Source: Nymphaea colorata
Lineage: Eukaryota
NCBI RefSeq assembly: GCF_008831285.2
Contig: NC_045138.2
Coordinates: 42,036,001-42,100,000, forward strand
DNA: 64,000 nt
Reading direction: 5' to 3'
Position 1 is the stretch's first letter. Every line of letters starts with the position of its first letter. Below the pieces are notes generated by a model, which was not told the DNA's origin, searched no databases, and saw only the letters and a list, made by a program, of their open reading frames with translations. Positions 51,683 to 63,539 of the stretch are shown here, one piece after another. The position numbers were made by a program, and so were the translations under genes.

Positions 51683-53769
51683 CATTATCTACCTCTTTCT
51701 CCAAATATTGAACTGTATCTTACTCTGAACAATGTTATGGTGTTCTTCCTTCAACGAATCTATCTCCCTCTTCCTCTCTCGCTATTGATTCCGTGGGTGA
51801 AATTCTTAGATGCAAAGGTGGCTGGTCTTCAGTAAATCATTGTCTTATAGAATTTGTTCTTTCTTCTTATTCATGGTCATCAAGTTCTACCGAGAAAGAA
51901 CATGAGCAGGGGATAAACGTCTCCAGTGTTTGAAGATTTAAGCTTCCCTCGATGTAATGGCTATAAAGATACCATTTAATTTGAGAGATTGTGAAACAGT
52001 GTCTTGGGTAAAGCAAGTTAAAAACACCACAGAAGGCACAAGATCTAATTAGCATCTTCATTATTCCAAATTCCACGCTTAAAAACGACTTGGTTCTACT
52101 GCAACTCTTTCGAGCTCTGGCATGGATGGGAGAGAGAAACAGCACCATAAAGTGTTATCAGAAAATTGATTTGAGAATTTGTGACTGAAACATGCGTTTT
52201 CCTTGTGAAGTGGACTCACCAACTGTGGTGTCATGGGGCAGATTTTCTAACCTCTCGGTCCTTCATCTTAGTTCCCGAGAAAGAAAACATTCTCATCCAT
52301 CTCCTAGTGTGCCTTCCGTTGCCGTTTTTGTTTCCCAAACAGATCTTTGTGTTTAGCTTCATCGACCACGAGGATGGTGGCTCGTTTAAGTTTCAGACTT
52401 GCCTTTTTATCGAGTCACCGTTCTCACATTTGTCAAGAAGATCAGACTCATCATTCATCGAATGAGGTTTAGCTTTAATCCAGCATAGTGGGCCAGACGT
52501 ATGCAGTTGCAGACTCTGATCTCATACTCATGACTGTCTTTGAGAGTCAATGACCTTAGGTCCTTAGGTTTGATGTGATAAGACACTGCACCCAAGCTGA
52601 AGAAATCTCAAGATAGAGCTAATTAAGGTCCACCATACTCGTGATTTCCACTTTAATAGTTGACAGCGTCAAAAAGGTTGTGGAAAGGAGAGATATGATC
52701 TTAGAACCATGGATTTTAAAATCTAGAAATTCTGTAGTCAGATCAGAACCGAAGGGTGATCACTGATCAAATACCCCCTCGGGCTTCGATTCTTCTTTGC
52801 ATTATTTATCAGGCAAGGTGGAATTTTTAGTCTCAACTTTGCTCCTCGAAATCTACGTCACACCTCTCGAAACAGTTCAGGTCTGGATTTGCTATGGAAC
52901 TTACTCAGGAAAAGAATAATAAAAAAAAAACAAACAAACAAAAAACTTCAGACTCTTGCTCCTCCATAATCACAGGAGATCAGGGAGAGTGTGGTTTTTT
53001 TTTTTTTTTCTTCTTGTTCAGGATGTACAAATTTCCATCAGATAATGCCAAAGATTGTGGACGCTTCCAATGGGTTGAGTTCGGGTTGCCTCGAAAAGCC
53101 CTCCTGTCGAGCAATTTATAACACAGCTTAAAACTCTTCTTATGATACTTAGCACATGATGCAACATTAATCTCTCCTCGAGACGCTCCGAGGTTCGTTC
53201 GGTTGCTGGATAAGTAACACTTCAAATGCATCTCTAGGCGTTCCCATCTCTACCCAAAGAACACCGAAAGGGGTTTGGAACTGTCCGTTCTCTTCTATCC
53301 AGCAACCAAGCAAGCTCCATGGGCGTTCTTTCTAGGACAGTTACATGTGAAGCCTAAAACGTGTGAAGTGTGAACTCTGAGTGGACTGGGGCAACGAACC
53401 AATGACCTACCAAGTGTAAGATGGGAAACTGCCATCCGCCGACCACAGAGGCTCTGTAAATTTTGCAGATACTCGTGACGTTTGATGGGATCTTCCTACT
53501 TGATACCTGTTAAAACAAGGAATTGTACAGGTGGTCTAAATGAATGATTTGAATGTTAGTTTGATTAGAATAAAAGAGAAGTCAGGACCAAAACATCTCA
53601 TTCCTTTTGGTAGCTTGAACTATCTGCACTAAGCATGTGCATTTAATTCTTCGCCCTTTAACATGTGACTGCTTGCTTTGGAATCCATCAAGAGCTCATG
53701 CCATCAGCCAAAACTACAAGTTTTTCTAAGATAAGGTATCCTTAGAGATATGACATTATAAGCCTGAAC

Positions 53770-53800
<31 letters not shown>

Positions 53801-54420
53801 AAAGAAAAACTCTCCTCTTTGCATGCGTGTGGACATCTGTTCGTGTGTGTGTGTGTGCACGAACGCAGATATCGTTTGCATCATGTATGTCTGCGTGCAC
53901 AAAGACAGGCACATGCACCATCGCATCATGTATTGCATGTAGGTGTGTATTATGCTTTCTCCCATCATCTGCTACAAGCTAATCTATCCTCTGAAGTTTC
54001 ATTTTTTCTTCTTATTTCCATTTTTTTGCGGTTCCATTTTTTTGCGGCTGAAACATGTTGTTGACCATCTAAAAAGTTCTTCTCATCTGAAAGACACCTA
54101 GTGAGCATCACCAAGTCGGTGAAGGACATTGTAGGTTGGAATCTCATTTATGTCTGTCAAAGCACACTAAAACAGTTTCCTTCCCCGGCAAGCAGATGAC
54201 TTCCATCTGCTTTCACCCGTTGGAGGCAAGCCACCGCGCAGGGCCCATATTAATGGCAGATTCCTTCCGCCTACCCCTTCCTTTCTTGACTTACTATTTC
54301 AAAATTACATGTACATGTGCTGCAATTCTCTCTCTTGGATTTAACCCGAGAAGGCAGCCGGCAGGGGTGGAGCGGAGATTTTATCTCTGGGCAGGTCGAA
54401 CGGTCCAACGAACTGGAATG

Positions 54421-54469
<49 letters not shown>

Positions 54470-55157
54470 CACACACTTTAGATAGTATTTGCAAACCACA
54501 TTGTAGTAGAAGTGAATATATAATTGCCCATGTCATGAACGTGAAGCGCGACCTGTCCTACGACACATTTTAATAATTGTTTGTACCATTAGCACAAACA
54601 CGATTTGTCCCAAACAGATAAGGTGTTCTACTTCTATTATAGTGACATAGGTATGAACATACAAATATCACAACGAAAAATATAGCACGATAGATCACGC
54701 ATATAGGACGTTGCAACCCTAGATCACACACGATACTTTTTACAGTTTCAATTTTTGAATACTTAAAAGGTAGAGGATCTGAGTAAAAAAGAACAACATG
54801 CTTTCCAACTAGAACAACCAGCATTTTGGTTTTCTCCCTCTTCATTTTCTCTCAATTGATCAATAACTTGTTTTTTTTTAAATAACTTTGAATATTTTTC
54901 TTCATCTTGTCAATAAGATAACACAAAGAATCGGAAATTTAAAATAGACAATAAGATTTATACACATCGAAGAAAGATACTAAAATTTTAACTTATGAAA
55001 AGCATGAATTTAAAACCAACCACCTTATAAACAACAAATAAAGAAGACAATATTCACCTGTTGAACCTCTTGCACTTTGTAGAACAATGAAGAGTTGTTT
55101 TCTCGCCTCGCTAACTTGCTTTTCGAATTATCACGAGTGGAGTGATTGAAATCTTAT

Positions 55158-55316
55158 TAAATTGAACCAATTGCAATGCAAGGCAATCAACTCCTTTGGT
55201 AATTGAAAAGTACCCTCTTTGCCCTTACCCTCAACAACAAAGCCTCCTCAGACTTCCCTATCATCTTACATGTCCATATTCGCTTACGATACAAATTTAT
55301 CTGGTTCAAATAGTCT
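55158..55316 (-). pseudogene. WAC-domain exon in copy B, with deletion and frameshift
   Basis: CAG|A GAC TAT TTG AAC CAG ATA...: DYLNQINLYRKRIWTCKMIGKS as a single unit, then a 12-bp deletion (GFTY), a 1-bp deletion, and donor GT changed to AT. Confidence 0.85.
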
Positions 55317-55984
55317 CTGTTGAAAGCTAAGGAACATCTGTCATGGTCGAGAACCATTGGCTGAGTTGCTAAGATAATGACCCAATGCCAATAAACACTT
55401 TCCTTTTGATAGACAAATTGAACATGAATATGGATAAATGAATGCTCTAAACATGTTATGGCCTTATGAGTGAGCCAGTACTTAAGGCTCACAAACCAAT
55501 AAAAGGGCATCTTAAATTAGTCAAGTTAGCTTACAGTAGCACTATAGCAAATTTAGCAGCAGCATTCGTTCACCATTTTGATGCCTTTCGGTACCATCAT
55601 CACCTAAGCAAAGTGAGTATCTTCTATTAGTCATTCATTTGTTTGTACATAGCTAACACGTGAACAATTGTAGGTATTTATTTTTGCTTATGGCAGTTTA
55701 TCAATTACTAACTGTTTGTTTAAGCAATATATGCATATTTCTGGAAACCATGATGCTTACCTTTATTATTTACGTTTTTCATAATTTTGTTGAATAGTTT
55801 CCTTTCATATTTGCAACTCTTGCCAATGTTCCAGACACAGATATATCTTCCAAATATCAAATATTCATTGTGAGGTTTTTATCATATTGAAGTTTAGCAG
55901 TTTACTGAAGCCTACTCTTTTTTCAAATTTACGGTGTTTGAAATTGTATCAGTAGTTCAGTACTTTTTTGTTGCTCTCGCACAG

Positions 55985-56245
55985 CTATGTCACCAGAATG
56001 CGGGGTGCGGGTGCGATACATCTCAAAAAATTACGGTGCGGCGGTGCGGTAAAGGTATTTTTTATTATTATTAATTTATTAATATAATATATTAATAATA
56101 TCAAATTTGATAAAAAAACTAAAAAAAAATGAAATCAATAGGGTGCGTGTTGGGTGCGAATCTGGGTCGCACCCACACCCATGCCAGCACCCGCGTCGCA
56201 TCGAAGTGGGTGTGTCACCAGGGTTGCCGTACCGTAGTGACATTG
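55985..56245. mobile_element. hAT-type MITE (261 bp) nested in Pack-hAT copy B
   Basis: TIRs CTATGTCAC/GTGACATTG; 8-bp TSD TCGCACAG/TTGCACAG; GGTGCG subterminal motifs. The empty site is present in copy A (~46676-46683). Confidence 0.9.
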
Positions 56246-57595
56246 TTGCACAGGTTCCTTATTAATTCTTAATTTTGTTTGTGGATATTGGATAAGCATT
56301 TGTTTAAGAGGAGCACAATAAAAGAGGTCAACAAACAATAATAGATTGTGTGAAAGATCAAGATTAAAAAATAAAAAAAATGTGCATAATAGAAATTAAA
56401 AACCCACCATAAAACGGAGAGAAAAAAATGACAAAAAAAGTTAAAGAAAAAAGAAAAACTGAAGTATGAAGGAAACGGCCCCACCATAGTTCACTAGGCA
56501 AGAAAAATGAAAGACCACGTATGGAAGAAAGTCAGGAAACGGCCCATCTCCTTCCTGTAGCCAGCAGGCCCAGCATAGCAGCCTGCTCAATGCTCAGTTC
56601 TCTCTTCTCTTGTCTCTTGGTCTTTCCGGGGGGCTGCAGACCTGCTCCTTTTCTCAATCGTTCATATTTCTGTTCTCTAATCTCTATCTATCTGACCATC
56701 TCCCTCACAGCCTCACTCAGTCACTTTGTCTTTCGTTTTCTCCTCCCCCACACTCTCTAGTTTCTCCGTCTCTCCGGTGCGTTTTCCCCTTTCAAGGTTT
56801 GAACTTTGACCTTGGCTAAGAGACGATCAACTAAGATTCGACTCACGTCATTGGTTTTACACGATGAAAGCACTAGTGTTTACATTGTTGGAGGTCTGAT
56901 AAAAAATGGAAGTTTTTTAGCAGCCAAAAAACCAAAATACCCTCTCCGCATGGGCAAAGATGCGTTCAGAATGCAGTGGTGCTATCGAAAATGGTCCTCC
57001 TAATGAACAGAACAGCACACGAGGAAAGTGACAAAGATGATCACCTTTGGCATTATGGTCTCACCATCCGACATGGCCTTCTGATTCTTGCGATGTACTC
57101 AAAGAGGAGTTAATGCCCTACAGGTTTTACTGCCACTCGATCAATCTTTCAAGAAGAAGAAAATTAGGAGACCGAAATTCTCAGTGTTCCCGCAAAAAAC
57201 TGTGAGACACATATTTAATCGACTGAGAAAAACTGGGCACTTTTCTTTCCAAACAGATGGAAGGGAAAACCTGACCATACGCCCTTGTTGAAAACACCAG
57301 TGGAACACTTTGAGGGCGTTTGGTAATAAGAGTTCTGCATTCTATAGAACACAGCTTTCCATGAAAATTGACATATTCACGGAACCTTGCGTTCCAAAGA
57401 ATGCAGCTAGCAGAGTAAGATCCAAAACAACTAATCCAACTAATACAGTTTCAAAACCAAATTCGAATTCAAAGTCAAATCCAATATTGAATTGTTATCT
57501 CATAAAAATCTGAGTAGATCACATATCAATGTCCCCAACCTTATGCGAGAGAGATCTTAATCTGGTAAAATTTTTGCACTAATAAAAAGTTCCTA

Positions 57596-57757
57596 GCGGA
57601 GACAGAGGGAGCACTAATGGTATATATTTTAAACTTAAAGGGGCATTCATATATAAATCAATAAAAATGACTAAGATCTTAATGTGTAAATAAAGCAATT
57701 TCTGCGGACTGGTGTGGGCAACCGCCCACATGAGCCCTACACTTGTCTCCGCCACTG
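57596..57757. mobile_element. Small hAT-type MITE with a damaged left terminus
   Basis: Right end TGTCTCCGCCACTG followed by GTTCCTAC; left end GCGGAGACA preceded by GTTCCTA. Confidence 0.65.
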
Positions 57758-59112
57758 GTTCCTACTTGTTCATGCTTCAAATGGAGTTAGCACAATACAT
57801 GATGAATTTGGATAGGAAAGTGTACAGATTGTGGAATATTCCGAACCCTCTCCACCTCGTGAGAAGTTCATCCCCGTCGGGCCGCTGGAGCCGTTAGATT
57901 CAGACCTTCATCTTCCGCTGGGAATGAGGTCACCTGCATATTAAATGTACAAATTCTCAAAGCTGGTTTATTTGGATTTTAGATTAGAATGCATGGAATA
58001 GGTGTAAAATCCCAACATAGTATAACAACGGTTCGGTAATTTTAGCAATGATTTTAATTTTTAACCATTCCAGCAACCTCTCATAAATGCTTTTATATGT
58101 ATGGGAGGCTCACTTTTTTTTTTTTTAATTCCCAAGGGATAAGCCATTGATATATCCATATATATTCCCTAACTAACCAATTTAATTGAGTCCCTAAAGT
58201 TAATAGACAATGATACATACTTGCCTTTCTTCTAATAGAATATGAGTCTTCTTTGGAAAGTAGAAAACGACTTAAGCGCAGCCACATGCATTCATTTTTC
58301 AACCAACATAAATACATTTTTTGCTCAGCACATAACTATGGCAAGCTGTCGATCATGGATAAAATAACAATTCTTAAAACAATGCATGTGATGGAGCATA
58401 TACACATATCAAAAGAGAGAGGGAGAGAGAGAAGACAGTTTGTTGAGAGGACGGGGGTGGAGTGGCCTATCCATCTCAACTTTCTGTTTTGCCTAAGCTT
58501 CCGGGCATCACGTGCCTACCCCTCCCTTAGTCTTTTCAACAGGGACTCGTTTTCCCTTGAGCAACGCCAAATCGACAATGTCTGGGCGGTACGGTCCGCC
58601 AGTACAACAAAGTGTAATCAAATCGATTCGAGTCGGGCTGCAATCAGTGTCAAACCAGTTCAATTATCTTTGTAATGGCTTTTAATATTAATTCAACAAC
58701 GTAAGCTTTTTGCGGAATCGAGTCGGTTGTTTCACCGGTTTGATTTGCAGAAGTGATTTTTATGACACCGGAATCGGCACATGCAATATCTAGTGTGGCT
58801 AATATAAGACTATATGGGCTTGAAATTTAAGTATGAAATAATGTAAATTACTTTTCAAATAAAATATAGAAATAACTGATGGGCAATTAAGCGTACGTGA
58901 AGTCACATGACCAATAGGCAAATAGTTACCATACGTATACCGATAGTGACAACCATGGAAGTATATACATACTCCTCAGTTTGTCCTACAATGGCTCAAA
59001 GATGTGGTCCTTGGGAAGGCACCTACGACCCGTGAGGGCTTGTACCCACTGACTTTGGTGGGGTTAATCCCATTGTTCGAGCACCCTTTTTCAGCTCTTC
59101 CCTTTCTACTCA

Positions 59113-59194
59113 GAATCCAGGGCCGCGTCAATGTTTGGAAGTGAATGTAAGTCGAATCCAGGGCCGCGTCAATGTTTGGAAGTGAATGTAAGTC
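59113..59194. repeat. Perfect 41-bp tandem duplication
   Basis: GAATCCAGGGCCGCGTCAATGTTTGGAAGTGAATGTAAGTC twice. Confidence 0.96.
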
Positions 59195-59921
59195 AATTAA
59201 TAGAGCACCCCCACTTCTCACACGACAATATCGACACCATGCCCATGAGAATTGAAATGGAGACGTGTCACATACATTGCATGCATTAAGTGTGAAGCTA
59301 GAAAAAAGTTTGTTGTTTTCTCCCTCAAACAAAAGGAGCTGCAAGAATTTGAGAAACTTTCGACACGACATCAGATTTTTAAAAACATCGATGCCCTTTC
59401 TGCATTGGAGCCTATTGCGTTAAGGTCGACGGAATAAGCGGCGTCGATGATTAAGTGGTGGCGTAGAAGGTGTGGGCAATGGTCCATTGTGTCGTAGCGT
59501 GTAACGCGATTGCAAGTGGGAGAAATAATTAAGCTTCGGACGTCAGGCACCCATCAGGACATAATTTTAGCCATCTTTCTTCAAAATCAAAGGAAAAACC
59601 CCATACTCCTTAACCCTCATGGGAGCAGCAGTAGAACATAATCGAGTTTTGTCGCTTTCATCAAATCCTTTTTCTTCCAAGCCACTAAGTTCTCTTTAGG
59701 TTTGGTTATGCTAACCGGTAAAACCGGAGCAAACATCCATACGGTTTTCTAGCAATCATGTGGCCGCTTGTTGGCAGATAGCCACCTTCACACCAGTAAC
59801 TTATCAACTCGTCCTAAGAATTAACCCGTTTAGATGATCACTAAACCTGAACCATGCATGTGAAGGAACTGCATGCTTTAAAGGTGCAGTATAAGAGAAC
59901 TTTGGACGCTCTCTCCTTCTC

Positions 59922-60691
59922 TGGAACGAAAATAGTTCTAAAGCATACAATGAAAAACCATCTAGAAGAACAAAACAGAAACGAGAAACCATAGATAAAA
60001 GATCCAGACTGCTAGGAAGCGGAACATTTCCAGCCGAGTGGCGGAGGCAGGGGGCCGGCAGGAACCACGGCCACCCTCACTTCCAGGTTTTTTTTTTTTT
60101 TTTTTTTTTTCTTATTTGGATGTAAATTTTAAAAGTTTTTGTTTAGCTTATACAAAAATTTTGAAAAATTATATTTCAGCCCATAATTTTCAAACTATAT
60201 TTAATCCCGTACAACAAAAGATTCCTAGCTTTGTTCCTGTTCCTATGAAATATACATCAACATAATACCGAATGTTGGTCACCTAGTGTCCAGTTGTTTT
60301 TCTTGAAAAATTGCATCACTTCGCGTTAAACAGATGGCTTGCCAAGTAGTGAACACCAATGTCTCCACCATCATTAACCCTTGACCGTGGGTTGGTTCCA
60401 TGTAGAATTAAGTAGTTCCTCCATAATTGCTCATAGCCAAGTGCACACATTGACCATTCATTACTTGGCACGGTTAACGTGGAATGACGTAATTTTTCAA
60501 GAAAAACAACTGGACAGTAGGCGACCAGCATTCGGTATTATGCTGAAGTATCAACACTAAGTGGCGGGAGATGTTCTACTTCCTAGCTGTCAAGCATCTT
60601 GATATTTTTTATCTATGTTTTTTCTTTTCTGTTTTGAGCTAGGCTTCTTCTAGATGTTTTTTCATTGTGTTTGATCTCTGTTTTCATTCCA
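59922..60691. mobile_element. Foldback (long inverted repeat) element, possibly Mutator-derived, with a nested MITE
   Basis: Arms pair from TGGAACGAAAATAG/CTGTTTTCATTCCA through CATCTAGAAGAA, GAC.GCTAGGAAG and CATAATACCGAATG...CTTGAAAAATT to TGCCAAGTA.TGAA. No TSD found. Confidence 0.7.
60036..60239. mobile_element. Degenerate hAT-type MITE in the left arm of the foldback
   Basis: Starts GAGTGGCGGAG, ends CTAGCTTTGTTCCTG, and is absent from the partner arm. TSD only partly preserved (TTCC). Confidence 0.55.
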
Positions 60692-61100
60692 ACATTTTAT
60701 TGGGACGTGTTTTTTTAGTAATCTATTAAGAAGATCAATATTTTTATGAAGAGTTTCAAATTTGTCTGTTGAAGTTTTCTACGTGGTTACCATATTGTGC
60801 ACAAGGAAAGTGACGATATCCTACTCTATGGAAAGTTGAAGAATATTTTCTTGAATATGGACATCCATTCTATTGAATTACCGGTTGAGTGACTGTTGTA
60901 AATCATGTTTAGTACAACGTATGTGAATGGAAAACTAAGAAGCTCTTACCTTCTCGTGGATTTAGGCATGAAAAAATGAACCACTTAAAACGTGACTTTC
61001 TCTTTTGATCTTCCTTGAGCATTTTCTATTATTCTTTTCTTTATGGTATCAGAGTTCCATACTTGTGCTTTGATCTGTTTTCATGGTATCAAGTCTTCTC

Positions 61101-61459
61101 GACTGCTAGGAAGCATAACATTTCCCATCACATACCTCTCATATATCATCATAATACTGAATGGTCACCTAGTGTATAGTTGTTTTTCTTGAAAAATTAC
61201 ATCAATATTCTGTGTTAACCATATGGCGTGCCAAGTAGTGAACAGTCCATGTGTGCACTCCTTTTGGCTATGAGGAATTATGAAGGAACTGCTTAATTCT
61301 ACTTGGAACCAACCCACAGCCACGGGTTAACAATGGTGAAGGCATTGACTGTTCACTACTTGGCAAACCATTCGGCTAATGTGGAATGATGTAAATTTTC
61401 AAGAAAAACAACTCGACATTAGGCAACCTGCATTTGGTATTACGTTGATGTTCTGCTTC
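61101..61459. mobile_element. Partial second copy of the foldback element, inverted
   Basis: Same arm sequence (GACTGCTAGGAAG; CATAATAC.GAATG..TCACCTAGTGT..AGTTGTTTTTCTTGAAAAATT). The central spacer is the reverse complement of that in 59922-60691. Confidence 0.75.
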
Positions 61460-62575
61460 TCACAATTTAGGGTGTCTTGAGATCTTTTATTTATGGTCTC
61501 TCTTTCCTGTTTTTTAGCTCTGGTTCTTATAGATGCTCTGTGTGTGTGTGTGTGTGTGTGTGTGTTTTGTGCCACCATACATAGGTTATGTGGTTTGAAC
61601 CCTACTTTGCAGTGCATAAGAGATGCTTAATTTGGTTATAAAATAGATTATTCAAAGTTGGGAGACCAACGCTCACCATTGTATGTTAAGAATGAAGTAC
61701 TGTTGTCCACATGGTAATACCTTTCTCAGACTTTTGGGTAAGATCAATTATAGTAGGTAATTTTTGGAGACTACTTCTGATCTTGGTGAGTACAAGTGAA
61801 CAGCTCAATAGCCAGAGCAGGCCATTTTCCTCTTCATATGCACTTGTCTCACAAATTTGATAGGACCAAAATGGATATCTTTCTACTGGTTTGTTAGTAA
61901 AGCAATGTACTCAGTTTAGGTTTTCATCACATAAAATATTCTACAAGATTCATCACTGATATGTGATTATTGACCCTAGGGATGTGTTGCATGACTGTCC
62001 CAATTGCTGACCATGATTAAACTTGGGTGACATAACACAAGTCATATTACTACAGAACCTAACAGATAAACTTGATTTAAACTTGGCTGACATGTCTGTG
62101 TTCCATGTCTTTCACAAATCAACATTTAGCACACTTTCAAATTCTTTAATGCATAAGCCACTGTTAAGTGCAAGTGCATGTCGACTAGTACGTGGGGCTT
62201 ATAGAAACCTTTCATTGTACATAGCAGAAGTTGTTAGTCTGTCCACCACTTCCTAAATTCTCATTATAGGGTGAGAAGAAAGGAGCAGAAAAAAGAAATT
62301 TAATTAATTATATGTTAAACTCCAAACGACATTGTTGCTTTTTGCCAAAGGCTTGAGCTATCGGCCAAGCCCAATGGCTTCAGCTATCGGCCAAGCCGCC
62401 CATTGGCGGTTGTGAATGAAAATCCCAATGGCCGTAAAGCCATTGGTAAAACTTGCATGGGGAAAAGGGTTCCCAACGGCCTAAACCATTGGCAGTGGAC
62501 TTATATTTTGCCAACAGTTGGACGGATGTTGGGAGTTCTTTGACATATCCTGATGGCCAAAGCCATGGGAAATTT

Positions 62576-62825
62576 TTCCAATCATTACTAACTCGAATTT
62601 TTCCCAACAGCCAACATACATAGTTGTTCAAATTCTATGATAGTTTGAAGAGAGAGAGAGAAAGAGCAAAAACTATAATTTTATTGATACACACAAACGG
62701 TTCCAATCATTACGAACTCGAATTTTTCCCAACAGCCAACATACATAGTTGTTCAAATTCTATGATAGTTTGAAGAGAGAGAGAGAAAGAGCAAAAACTA
62801 TAATTTTATTGATACACACAAACGG
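62576..62825. repeat. 125-bp near-perfect tandem duplication
   Basis: TTCCAATCATTAC.AACTCG...CACACAAACGG at 62576-62700 and 62701-62825. Confidence 0.95.
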
Positions 62826-63059
62826 ATCTTGTCTATTACATGTTAAGTTTAATAGAACTACAGTCCATTATAGAAACTCAATAAATTTTTTAAAACCTGT
62901 TTTTCTATGGACGGAACCAACTTAAAATTGGCACAAGTACTGCCTTTAATCTCCAATATTATTTGTCCTCCTGGCCTTTAATCTTCAATAGATTCATTCG
63001 GCATGCCCATACCCATACCCATGATTATTGTCCTTGCTTGAATCATTCTAGAGGCAGAT

Positions 63060-63417
63060 GATGTGAACCTTTACATGTGCATACATAAGAAAGCAATCAC
63101 CGTAAACTGTAAATAGGAAACCCATCAACCAGGCAGGCCTTCCATGTTCATTCCAATGCTTTGCTGCACTAGACCACCCATAATAAATGTTAGCAACTTG
63201 AAACTGTGCAAAATGTGATGCAGGCCAGTGTGGCAGCCGATGCGAGCCTTTAAATGTGCATACAGAAGAAAGCAATCATTGTAAATTGTAAATAGGAAAC
63301 CCATCAACCAGGCAGGCCTTCCATAGTCATTCCAATGCTTTTCTGCACTAGACCACCCACAATAAATGTTAGCAACTTGAAATTGAGCAGAATGTGATGT
63401 AGGCCAGTGTCGCAGCC
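63060..63417. repeat. 179-bp diverged tandem duplication
   Basis: TGTAAATAGGAAACCCATCAACCAGGCAGGCCTTCCAT and flanking sequence recur with period 179. Confidence 0.93.
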
Positions 63418-63539
63418 ATGCAGTTTTACCTAATCCAAAGTTCAATTCAAATTTTCCCAACCAGCAGCAAGCAACTAAAGTTTAAAATAAAGAAGTACAA
63501 TATTATATCAAAAGAAGGTGGTTTTTGTAAGATTAGTAA

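Larger units (their letters stand above)
54362..56803 (-). mobile_element. Pack-hAT copy B, inverted relative to copy A and truncated at its distal end
   Basis: Reverse complement of 46122-48422 throughout, starting at TIR CAGGGGTGGA (54362). Similarity stops at ~56803; the counterpart of 45955-46121 and a second TSD copy are absent. Confidence 0.9.

Noticed and set aside
45955..57757. Single macro-transposon using TIRs at 45955 and 57757
   Set aside because: The 57757 TIR pairs with 57596 (GTTCCTA flanks) and its flank does not match GCGAAGCA.
60255..60548. Stand-alone TA-flanked Stowaway-type MITE or miRNA gene
   Set aside because: The inverted repeat continues well beyond the TA dinucleotides, lacks the CTCCCT terminus, and no known miRNA was recognised.
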